Made by a program: the position numbers and the translations under genes
Shown here: in pieces, positions 52,125-61,501 of the stretch
Numbering within the stretch: position 1 is the stretch's first letter
Layout of the letters: every line of letters starts with the position of its first letter
From: Stramenopiles sp. TOSAG23-6
Lineage: Eukaryota
Assembly (NCBI GenBank): GCA_900128565.1
Contig: LT635915.1
Location: 1 to 64,000 of the forward strand
DNA: 64,000 bases
Reading direction: 5' to 3'
The notes under the pieces: generated by a model
Told to the model about the DNA's origin: nothing
What the model saw: only the letters and a program-made list of their open reading frames with translations
The model's database searches: none

Positions 52125-53597
52125 TTATGTATTAATTAAAAGACATTCATGTGATCTAGCCTCCACATTAGCAAAATCAACAACTTTGTTATTATCTAAA
52201 AGTAAAACCGTTTCAGCTAAGTTCATCGCAGGGCAAATGTGTGTTGGTACCAAATATACTTCCTGGCCACGCTCGAGTTTCTTCAATAAAGTAACACCTG
52301 TACTATTATCTGTAGATTCATTTTTAATATTATCTGTAGATTCATTTGTTGACTCAACACCAGTGACAAAATCATCAGATCGCCTTAAACCTATCTCTGA
52401 CCCTTGGCATGAGGCATCTAGAGGCAAATGTTCTTCACTGGGTGATAATGGAAGCAGCTGTTGATGACCAATGACTAAACAAGGAGGATTCCCAGGGTCA
52501 ATTGGAATTGTTTTCGATCCAGCGTCAATTGTAGCATATTGCGGCATTGGATTTGATAAAACTCTAGACATTACCACAGCAGCAGGAACCAATGACAAGT
52601 CTTCATTTTCTAAATCACTTTTTAAATCATGTAAAACAACTGTTCCAGCAGAAGTCCGATGAATACCAGAACTTTTTAGACCACAATGTTCTAAAGAAGC
52701 TGTTAAGGAAGGAGTTCCTGATGTAATTACTTCGTGCGTTTCTATCCCTTTGTTAGTAGCTATCGCGACAATATTTAGTAATTGATCATATAAAGTATGT
52801 ACCTTACTCTTACGAGAAGCACCTCCATTCCAAGTGCCTGCATGTCCATCATACATATGAAGGCCTCTGTAACAAATATTATGCTTTGCTGTTGTTTCCA
52901 TAATAGAAATAATATCAGCAACTACAAGTGAAGTGCTCTTATTTTCATCATTATCACGATGTAACATTTGGATCCCAGTACGATTTTGGCCACAATTCAA
53001 GTCAATGAAAATACCAATATTCCATTTTTTTTTAAAATTAGACGAAGCTAAAGAAGTAATCGCTGCTACCTCCAAAACTCCTTTCGTATCTTCAACGAGA
53101 ACTGAAAAATTGATATCTGGGTATGTACATACTATTTCAGCATATCGATAAAGATTGGCACCACGCAACGACATTGCTAAGAGAATGTCTGTCTCTTGAC
53201 CGAAGCCTTCTTTAGTCATAGTACGTGCTAGACATTCAGCTTCTTTTGTTGTGGCACACTTAAAATTATGTATTCCTAATGAGGAGAGCTCCCGCCATAT
53301 TTCTGGAACCTTTGTGGTTTTTATATGTGGTCGCCACCTGTTAGGATCCCCGCCACAAAGAGCCAATATAGCATTGCAATTTGATCGAACCTTGTCAAGG
53401 TGAACACAAACTACTGGTGATAAGATACGCCGTGCAATAGACGCTGGTAACGCATAGTCGTTGACTTTTAATATTTTGCCTAGACGAGATGTTTCACAGA
53501 CATTTTTCAAGCCAACGCTACTTACATACCTCACCAAACGGTTTTTAATTCTTCTAAAATTAGAAATATGAGGTGACAATCGTTGAGAATGAAGCAT
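52125..53597 (-). CDS. Fold-type III PLP enzyme, D-threonine aldolase/D-serine dehydratase (DSD1) family
   Basis: RWRPHIKTTK (PLP Lys), CAT..EAE, G.NRTG, GLH.YDGH, SGTPS, IDAGSK, SEEH, VPTHICPAMNL; presequence-like N-terminus. Confidence 0.88.
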   Translation of the reverse strand: MLHSQRLSPHISNFRRIKNRLVRYVSSVGLKNVCETSRLGKILKVNDYALPASIARRILSPVVCVHLDKVRSNCNAILALCGGDPNRWRPHIKTTKVPEIWRELSSLGIHNFKCATTKEAECLARTMTKEGFGQETDILLAMSLRGANLYRYAEIVCTYPDINFSVLVEDTKGVLEVAAITSLASSNFKKKWNIGIFIDLNCGQNRTGIQMLHRDNDENKSTSLVVADIISIMETTAKHNICYRGLHMYDGHAGTWNGGASRKSKVHTLYDQLLNIVAIATNKGIETHEVITSGTPSLTASLEHCGLKSSGIHRTSAGTVVLHDLKSDLENEDLSLVPAAVVMSRVLSNPMPQYATIDAGSKTIPIDPGNPPCLVIGHQQLLPLSPSEEHLPLDASCQGSEIGLRRSDDFVTGVESTNESTDNIKNESTDNSTGVTLLKKLERGQEVYLVPTHICPAMNLAETVLLLDNNKVVDFANVEARSHECLLINT

Positions 53598-53878
53598 ATT
53601 ATAATGACTGTTCGTCGCTTTCGTTCACGAAAGGAAAATGAGGAAAATAATATCTGGCTATCGTAGCAAAGGCGATAGCAGCACACCAAGTGATCGGAGA
53701 CCATTCAAACCAAAGTCTTGCGTCAGCTGATGTCAACAGCTGACCGTCATTTCGGATTTGACCAGTGCGCAATTTTTGTAACTGTAAAAACGACAAGCAA
53801 AAGGATTTATAATCCAAAGGGTTTATTACCTTTGTATAATCTCATCTAGAATTTTGTACTACATATTAGATTGCAAAA

Positions 53879-56800
53879 ATGCCGCAGGGAAAACCAAAGT
53901 CAGTTCTACAGGTACTTAAAGATGAGTTAGAAGCTGCGCGTGAGAAAATAGAAGATCGTGATCGTCTTGCACAAGAAGTTTTAGCTCTCAAGGTCAAGTG
54001 TGCTAATGCGGGTGAGTTAGAAAAAGCTATGATTGCAATGAAACGGGAAATGGAGGAAGCAAATACTAGAGCTGATACCATAGAAAATAGAATGTCTGAT
54101 GTTCAGAAAGAAAAGCTAAATTTGGAGGAGCAACTAAAAACTATCGACAAAACACTGAAAATGAAACTTTATGCTATTCGACGTCTTGAGAAAAACATGT
54201 CATGGGAAAAACGCGCTTTAGAAAGTTCGAAGAATAAGGTTCGGGAAATGGAGCGCAAGAATAAAATGTTGGATGCAAGTGCTAAACTTGATCGAGAATT
54301 AAAAGAAAAGATGGAAGCTGATCTTAAGGATCAAACAGGACAGGTCACTAGAGAGCGTGCACTTCGTTTGCTGCAGTTACACAAACACGAACGAGTTGTC
54401 CGTAAGCAACAGGAACTTATAAATACAGCAGTTGGATTACCAGAAAAAGCAAAACTGTATGAGAAACTTGTTGATGCCATGAAACAAGAAATGATTATTA
54501 TGAAACAAGCTATTAAAGTTGAACAAGGAATGAATAATTCTCTAGAAGAAGAATTAGAACGTAATACAATAAAGATTGCGAACTTAGAGTCTCGCAGTAA
54601 AGATATGGAACGAGTAATCCGCAAACGAGCCCGGGAAAACCAAGAATGGCGTGATCGGTTTGATAATTTACGTAGCAAATTTGAGTGGATGCAGTCAAAA
54701 CTTGTTAGTCGACTCCGTGGAATGAATTCGGCATCAGAAGTAGCTGAAGTAATGGCAGTAACTGCTCCTGCAATTCCATCAATGCTTGACTCTGACTGGG
54801 GTTTTGGAGACGGAAGAAATAGAGATCGTTTAGATGCCTTACCAAATTATATGAGCAATACACATAGTCACCAACAGCGTATTCGTGGTAAACCACCCCA
54901 AGAAGTTATGTCTATCCTGGAAAATGAATTATTGGGTCATCAAGAGACATTGCAAAATCTTAGACATGAATTAGACGAACGAATTAAAGAGCATTCTGCC
55001 TCAGAACTTCGCCGTGAAGCATTAGTAAAACAGGTTGAAGTCAAGCTCCTTGAAGTTAATCAGAAAAAAGAAATTCGGGACGCAGCAAATATAGACCTAG
55101 AAACTCTCGTAAAAAAATTATTTGATGTTCGAGCAGAAGCACGACAAAGGACAGATTTGCTTCGTCGACGACGTGTACGAGAACAAGAGGAAAAAGATCC
55201 ATATGCAGCACCTAGAAAATTAAAGCGAGGGTACAAACTTCCAGATACTCACACAGCTGCAATTAGAGTACAAGCTGCGAGTCGAAGTCGACATGCACGT
55301 CGATCATTTGTAGAAAAAATGGAAACTCTTCAAACAAATCTTCAGTCTGAAATTGATGAACAAAAACGTGTATGTGCTGAATTTCCAGGACAAATTGAGA
55401 GACTTGAGGAAGTTTTATCTGGGATGGAAACAAAACTGACTCTACAACGTGATGCCACTTTTGAAATAGCAGGTAAGATTCGAGAATTGAGAGTAAAACG
55501 CATTCCTCGCGAAGAGAAACTCCTCGAAGCCAAGGCAGAGGGGTTACAGGATGCTAAACGACAAGTAGATCAGGCAAATATGAATTTTGAATTTGGTTTA
55601 GCTGATACACTTACATCAACAATAGAATACGGTTTACAGGGTCATATGGGAATCCCAAATGGAAATTTAAGTTCAATAGTAATACCTGAAGACACCGCAG
55701 TGTCGATGCAAAGCAAATTTACATACTCTGCGAAAAGCGCTGCCAAAGTAGATGCAGCAATCGCTAATTTAACTGAATCAATAGCAAAAGAACGGGGGTG
55801 GAATTCAGGGGGGCATGGAGCACCTAGATATGGATTGAAACGTAGTTTACCTGGAAAGCCCTTAGCATTTCCAGCCCTACTACCTCCTCGGGTAAGACGT
55901 AGTTTAAGAGATCACGAACGCCAAGTTCTTTTGGATGCAATGGTAAATGGTGAATTTGATGAAGAATGGGATGAAAATGATGAGGATGGAGATATAATTG
56001 ATAACAGCATGTCAGTATATAGCCGCAATGTCTCACGTCAGTCATCTCGAATGACATCACGAATGCCAACATCGCGGACATCAATTAGTGCTGAAACAAA
56101 CATACATTCTTCAATGGAACAGAATTTGGCTAATGACAGCAATGAATACAATTTCAGCAAACAATCACTTTCAGCAGATAAAGCCCATGCCTTGCTTCGC
56201 AATATACTTTCGGGTCCAGAATCTCCATGGGGTGTTGATGACTCATTTAATAGATCTGAACACAAAAGTGTAACAAACTTCAGTACTTTGCCAAAATTAG
56301 GTGCCATCAAATATAAACGACCAGAACGAGAAAATATCGATGATGGAATAAGTGTTTCAACAAAAGATGGATCTGGTAATATAAGTGCTAGATCTGGTAA
56401 TATAAGTGCTAGATCTGGTAATATAAGTGCTAGATCGAGTAGCGTCTTGAGTATAAAATCAGGCGTTGGTTTTCGAGGTAGGTCAAGTAACAACTTCAGT
56501 AGAAAAGCATCAACCCGTAAAAAAACACCAAAGTCTCTGCGTTCGGTATCAAGGAAGAGTAGTACTTATGGTTCCAGAAGATCAGCTGCAAAAGCATCAT
56601 TTGGAAGTGAAGGAACTTCAGCCAACAACAATTTCACTCAAAGTACAAACCGAAAAGGTTCAATGTTTCTTGCTGGCCAAGCAAAGAGTGATTATATGGT
56701 TAACGCAGATGACATTCAACGTCAGTTACCTGTTGATACACGAGGATCTGCGAAGATGGTAGTATCTAGAATTAGAAAGTCTATACAGGAAGCAGAGCTC

Positions 56801-56887
56801 TCAAAAAGAGAGATTGTCCCGGAGGACGAAGTATCAAATAGTACAAGTGGAACGAGTATCCAGCAAGCACAAGAAGTAAAAATATAA
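53879..56887 (+). CDS. Long coiled-coil protein with one IQ-like motif and a Ser/Arg-rich tail
   Basis: Heptad-rich E/K/L/R composition; AAIRVQAASRSRHARR; SGNISAR x3. Confidence 0.75.
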   Translation: MPQGKPKSVLQVLKDELEAAREKIEDRDRLAQEVLALKVKCANAGELEKAMIAMKREMEEANTRADTIENRMSDVQKEKLNLEEQLKTIDKTLKMKLYAIRRLEKNMSWEKRALESSKNKVREMERKNKMLDASAKLDRELKEKMEADLKDQTGQVTRERALRLLQLHKHERVVRKQQELINTAVGLPEKAKLYEKLVDAMKQEMIIMKQAIKVEQGMNNSLEEELERNTIKIANLESRSKDMERVIRKRARENQEWRDRFDNLRSKFEWMQSKLVSRLRGMNSASEVAEVMAVTAPAIPSMLDSDWGFGDGRNRDRLDALPNYMSNTHSHQQRIRGKPPQEVMSILENELLGHQETLQNLRHELDERIKEHSASELRREALVKQVEVKLLEVNQKKEIRDAANIDLETLVKKLFDVRAEARQRTDLLRRRRVREQEEKDPYAAPRKLKRGYKLPDTHTAAIRVQAASRSRHARRSFVEKMETLQTNLQSEIDEQKRVCAEFPGQIERLEEVLSGMETKLTLQRDATFEIAGKIRELRVKRIPREEKLLEAKAEGLQDAKRQVDQANMNFEFGLADTLTSTIEYGLQGHMGIPNGNLSSIVIPEDTAVSMQSKFTYSAKSAAKVDAAIANLTESIAKERGWNSGGHGAPRYGLKRSLPGKPLAFPALLPPRVRRSLRDHERQVLLDAMVNGEFDEEWDENDEDGDIIDNSMSVYSRNVSRQSSRMTSRMPTSRTSISAETNIHSSMEQNLANDSNEYNFSKQSLSADKAHALLRNILSGPESPWGVDDSFNRSEHKSVTNFSTLPKLGAIKYKRPERENIDDGISVSTKDGSGNISARSGNISARSGNISARSSSVLSIKSGVGFRGRSSNNFSRKASTRKKTPKSLRSVSRKSSTYGSRRSAAKASFGSEGTSANNNFTQSTNRKGSMFLAGQAKSDYMVNADDIQRQLPVDTRGSAKMVVSRIRKSIQEAELSKREIVPEDEVSNSTSGTSIQQAQEVKI

Positions 56888-57051
56888 ATATGAAACTTAA
56901 GATGAAAACAATTTCTCAATGTGTTGTTTATACACCAAAACATAAATAAACATAAATAAATGATCTCTCTCTCTATATATATATATACATACCGTTTGTA
57001 AGTATGTAATTATATATTATACCAAAGCATAGCATTCTAGAACTATTTCAA

Positions 57052-57777
57052 TTATCTTCGTTTTCCTTTTGGACTAACTTTTTTTTTTTTTTCTGGAATC
57101 CTTTTTTCTACAACACGTAAATATTCACTGAATGATAGCTCACCATCACCATCATTCGTCTTTAAATCTTTACCAAATAACTTTTGTAGTTCTGACTCTA
57201 GTCGGTCTTTCCCGTACCTCTGATAAAGCATTGTCATTGTTTCATCTATAGAAACAGCGCCACTATTATCCTTATCATACATCATAAACTGTACCACATT
57301 AAACAGCTGGAAAGGTTCCAAGCCTGTCGTATCGGACATATTCCGTTCAAACATTAACTGGAATTCTTCCCAATCAACACAACCATCCAAGTTTTCATCA
57401 ACCTCCCAAATCATTTCCTCAATTTCCTGTCGCTTCTTTGTGACACCTAAGGTTTTCAGTGCTTCGTTTATGTCTGAGACTTTCACTTTAGCGTCACTTG
57501 AAGCTATAATTTTTTCTATACCACTCTTTATTGTTGCTACTTCATATTGCAGTTGATCATATTTTGAATCTAGATCAGCATCACTCATTTCCTTTCCATT
57601 ATCGTCATGGATCTTCAATACATTTGGACGTTTCCGATAGCTCTGTATTTTTTCAAGCCACTGCAATTTTGGTTTCAACTCGACGTGTTTTCTTTCCTTT
57701 TCTGCAAAGTTGCATAAACGAGTAAAAACTCGTTCCAATTCTTTCTGCTCATTTGTCCATCCCGATTTATTGGACAT
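57052..57777 (-). CDS. EF-hand (calmodulin/centrin-like) calcium-binding protein
   Basis: EF loops DENLDGCVDWEE, DKDNSGAVSIDE, TNDGDGELSFSE. First ATG at 57777. Confidence 0.88.
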   Translation of the reverse strand: MSNKSGWTNEQKELERVFTRLCNFAEKERKHVELKPKLQWLEKIQSYRKRPNVLKIHDDNGKEMSDADLDSKYDQLQYEVATIKSGIEKIIASSDAKVKVSDINEALKTLGVTKKRQEIEEMIWEVDENLDGCVDWEEFQLMFERNMSDTTGLEPFQLFNVVQFMMYDKDNSGAVSIDETMTMLYQRYGKDRLESELQKLFGKDLKTNDGDGELSFSEYLRVVEKRIPEKKKKVSPKGKRR

Positions 57778-58121
57778 TATTGTCTTTTTATACCCAAAAA
57801 TACAATCACTATAAACCTTCTTGAAGCAAAATAAGGCTATTGGATACTTTGAAAGTTGTAACGTCGTCGTCGTCGTCGACGAACGGGTCAAAAACTGTCA
57901 TTTTCAGATTTTTCGGAATTCGTGTTATTTTTTCTTGGCAATTGTCATTCTACGGACTACGGTGTTCATTGCACAGCAATATAACAAACTTGAAAACTTC
58001 ACAGAAGAAGAGTTATTCGGCATTAGTATTTCATCTTTAAGAGGAACATTTATTGAAATTATCGGTTGAATATCAGAAGCATTCCACTATATTTGAGTAG
58101 AGAAATCTGGTATATCCCACA

Positions 58122-58873
58122 ATGGATGACCTTGATGATTATGACGTACAGGTAATTAGTTTTTCTTCAATAATTCTTTTGCATATATTTTCTCCGCGTT
58201 TGAGCCTAACAGAATCATCTATATTCCGTTAATTACATTTCATTTTCTTATTTTACTTCCCTTACAACCTATTTTTACAATTTAGGTGAAACTGCTAATG
58301 ATTGGTGACTCAGGAGTCGGAAAGACGTGTTTGCTTCTACGATATGCACAGGATGCATTCTCAAAAACATTTATTACTACGATAGGCATCGACTTTAAGA
58401 ACAAACTACTGGACTATAAGGGCAAAAAAGTACGCTTACAGATATGGGATACGGCAGGACAGGAACGATTTCGGACAATAACTACTTCATATTTTCGGGG
58501 TGCTCAGGGAATTCTTTTGGTCTATGATATAACTGATCCAAACAGTTTCACAAATATCCATACTTGGGTATCTCAGATTGACCAGCACGCAGATAAGAGT
58601 GTGACAAAAGTTTTGATTGGAAATAAATGTGATGTTGCCAGCCAAAGGCGAGTAAGTATTGAGGAAGGTGAGAAAATTGCGAAGAAGTATGGCATGGCGT
58701 TTTTTGAAACCAGTGCGAAAGATAATATCAATGTAACAGAAGCATTTATGCAAGTTGCTCACACAACAGTTGATAGAATCTTAGAAGGTGGAATTGTAGA
58801 AAGGAGACAAACACGCCATACACAATTTTCACCTGGTACAACATCGGGAACTAAAAAATGTGCTTGTGGCTAA
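58122..58873 (+). CDS. RAB8: Rab8/Sec4-family small GTPase; 2 exons (58122-58151, 58286-58873)
   Basis: The spliced product reads [57 protein letters not shown]-terminal CACG. Confidence 0.93.
58152..58285 (+). other. Spliceosomal intron (134 nt, phase 0) in Rab8
   Basis: Donor cag|GTAATT, pyrimidine-rich interior, acceptor TTTAG|gtg; splicing restores the Rab8 N-terminus in frame. Confidence 0.9.
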
Positions 58874-59062
58874 ATTGTATAAATTGTCTGCTTCAGATTT
58901 AGAGATATACTATAATATTTCCCCAGAAATGATTTGTCTTGCCCCCATATAAAATATGCGCACTAAATCTTTCTTCGCGGGATGCATTGTTTACTTTTAC
59001 ATGAAATATGTATTTATTGTATAGCAAATTTATTCGTTACATATTTTGGTTCAAAGCAATAA

Positions 59063-61138
59063 TTATTTAATGTTCCCTTTTGGGCCTTTGCAAGAAAAAA
59101 TAAAAATATTTTGTAAACGTAAGCGGCTTTTTGTGTTTTTTTCCCGTAACCATTGTGTTTTCATTGCCAGTGGAGCTGGTAAAATAGATGCCACCCAGAA
59201 TGAGAATAAATGTATACATATATCATTACGTATTCCATAAAAATTATCTTCATTGAAGGATTCATCAGTAAAATTCGAAATACATGAATGAATACTTGAT
59301 AGCTTTTCAAGTCCTTCAGGAAGATGTGACACTGAAGATAGTAACCACTTTGGAGAGGTATTATCTATGTCACATAGTCTACTATAGATATTATATATGT
59401 CTCTAGATTCTTCAGCAGACAAACTCGTTTTTGATTCATCTATTGCATTCTTCTCAGTATAAAAAGTAGGTTCTCTAATAGTGACTTGTGCAGATTTAGC
59501 TCCAAATGACATTGGTTTATACCATTCACGATGAATATCAAATATAGATAAACCTCGTACAAGTATACGACACTGACCATCAGTACGAATATCTTCAATA
59601 CTTATTACTTCAACCATTGTGCCTACACCAGTGTCATCGTTATATGTACACAAATCATTCAATTCTGAAATACTATTTTTGTCGAGGATTTCATCATTTC
59701 TAGTTTCCTCTGTAATTTCAAGTTCAACACCCAAAGCAACTCCATTTTCTATACAATCACGGGCAATGATTCTATCACTATGAGAGACTATATCAATATA
59801 ATGACACAAACCAGGATAAATAACAGACGTACTATACATTGAGCTTGTAGCTTGTACTTTTAGTAAATTAATAGTTAAATCCTGACATAATGGAGAGTCC
59901 AATTTTTGGTTATTAGTTTCGTCATTGTCCTCCAGGTATGTAAATCTCTCATATATGTTATCATCACTATCTTCTCTTTCAAAATCATAATCCTCTTCAG
60001 ATGCCCACAACTCTTCAAGTTTCTTATCATAATCAATTTCATCTTCATCATGATCATCCATTGAATTGTGCTCCTGTATATCGTTGAAGTTTTTTTCAAC
60101 TGTATTATCAAAATCTAATCGGTCTAAAGCAGATAATATATCTTGAGATGGAACGTGAGGTGTATTAGCTACATACTTTGTACTATTGTAATTATTTTGA
60201 GATCTAGATATCGTTTCAGATGTACTACTATGTGAATTTATTTGAAACATGAGTGCAGCAATGTCTTCGTATATGTGAAGTTTATTCCACTCCACATCAC
60301 CATAAATTGATTGTACTAATTCAGTTAAAAAACCCGCTGTTGGACTAGGTAAAGCAATTCCGACAGCTCCTTCTTTACAAACATGTTCACCAATGAAAAC
60401 ATTACCACCATATGAAACATCAAATTTATCACTGTTAATCGACTGGGACACCCCACAAACTGTAGCAGAATATGGATACATCGTTGATATTTGATCAATC
60501 AGTTTGTCATAGCAGAAGGAATTTGTACCAAAAAATAAAAAATGTGGACTACATATTTTGTCAAAAGATGTGGAAATATTTGACACTATTTCTGAAGGTA
60601 AAATAATTTCCCCTTCCGTTGTTAGTGGTATTAAACTATTCTCTTGAACATCCTTGATGCATAAAGGTTCGTTAGTTTGATCTTTAGTCTCTATTTTTGC
60701 TGCAGTGATTTGAACAAATCTTGTCGCTGCTGGACCTTCAGTAAGAGACTGTGTGTCAGTTCCAACAGCAAGCCAACCCTTTTTAGTTAATCGCCGACTA
60801 ACTAATCCCAAAGCATTTGGAAAATTTGTATGAACAACACATAATGATGGTTCGACATGGAAAAAACTATCAACATGGTTGATGCAATCATCAAGTGCGG
60901 CTTCTACGCTTGGATAGTGACTACGTGTTGTGAAGCATGTTGCTTCTGGCGTAGATGTTTTATTGACCATATTACGCATAGTAGATGACACTTGAGGATT
61001 TACGCTACCTCTATTTACCATATTTGCTGACGAATTTGATGTATGCTGTGCTATTGTGTTTTTCTTGGATTTTGGAGCGTTCTTTAGCGTCTCAAGAAGA
61101 TTTCCTTTCAACAGACGTGCTGTCTTTCTGCGAGCCAT
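59063..61138 (-). CDS. FIST_N-like domain + acidic linker + Lon N-terminal (substrate-binding/PUA-like) domain protein
   Basis: FIST-like FLFF....F....LI..I...YP.S...CGVS...VFIG...EGAVGIAL; LonN-like VIYPG....I, GVGTMVEV......DG...ILVRGL..F.I, FSFWVASILP.....K..WL...T..RL. Confidence 0.68.
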   Translation of the reverse strand: MARRKTARLLKGNLLETLKNAPKSKKNTIAQHTSNSSANMVNRGSVNPQVSSTMRNMVNKTSTPEATCFTTRSHYPSVEAALDDCINHVDSFFHVEPSLCVVHTNFPNALGLVSRRLTKKGWLAVGTDTQSLTEGPAATRFVQITAAKIETKDQTNEPLCIKDVQENSLIPLTTEGEIILPSEIVSNISTSFDKICSPHFLFFGTNSFCYDKLIDQISTMYPYSATVCGVSQSINSDKFDVSYGGNVFIGEHVCKEGAVGIALPSPTAGFLTELVQSIYGDVEWNKLHIYEDIAALMFQINSHSSTSETISRSQNNYNSTKYVANTPHVPSQDILSALDRLDFDNTVEKNFNDIQEHNSMDDHDEDEIDYDKKLEELWASEEDYDFEREDSDDNIYERFTYLEDNDETNNQKLDSPLCQDLTINLLKVQATSSMYSTSVIYPGLCHYIDIVSHSDRIIARDCIENGVALGVELEITEETRNDEILDKNSISELNDLCTYNDDTGVGTMVEVISIEDIRTDGQCRILVRGLSIFDIHREWYKPMSFGAKSAQVTIREPTFYTEKNAIDESKTSLSAEESRDIYNIYSRLCDIDNTSPKWLLSSVSHLPEGLEKLSSIHSCISNFTDESFNEDNFYGIRNDICIHLFSFWVASILPAPLAMKTQWLREKNTKSRLRLQNIFIFSCKGPKGNIK

Positions 61139-61501
61139 TATCTCTAATCTTTCCCAAAGTAAAGAAGAGACTGATTATTATGTAAATATACTATACTACT
61201 TGAGTAAAATGTGTATGCAATGAATGAATTCTTTAGTTTACTCAATAAGAACTATTGTTCTAAAACCGTGTAAAGTACCTCCAGGTACAGCTCATATAGG
61301 TACTGTATATGTAACTCTTATTGGAATTACCAATTGAATTTTTTTAGGCACTAGGCCTATACTAGAATATGCGCTGAATCGAAAAATTCAAAAGGAAATT
61401 AGCTATTTCCGAAATTCCGATTTGCCACTTTTTGATGTTATATTTCTTGTACCTTTGATTGGATGTTGTTATTGATATTGACTTTTAGTATCACATACAA
61501 C

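Noticed and set aside
56938-56990. cataaataaa x2 and (CT)n(AT)n microsatellite
   Set aside because: Ordinary low-complexity sequence in a convergent 3' region.
57778-57891. Track N-terminal extensions from TTG/GTG starts (EF-hand here; also IDI, dNK, CobW, zinc-finger/PDZ, hydrolase, MutS, carrier)
   Set aside because: This is a eukaryotic locus; the extensions run into promoter sequence, including a (GTC)n tract. The first ATG was used instead.
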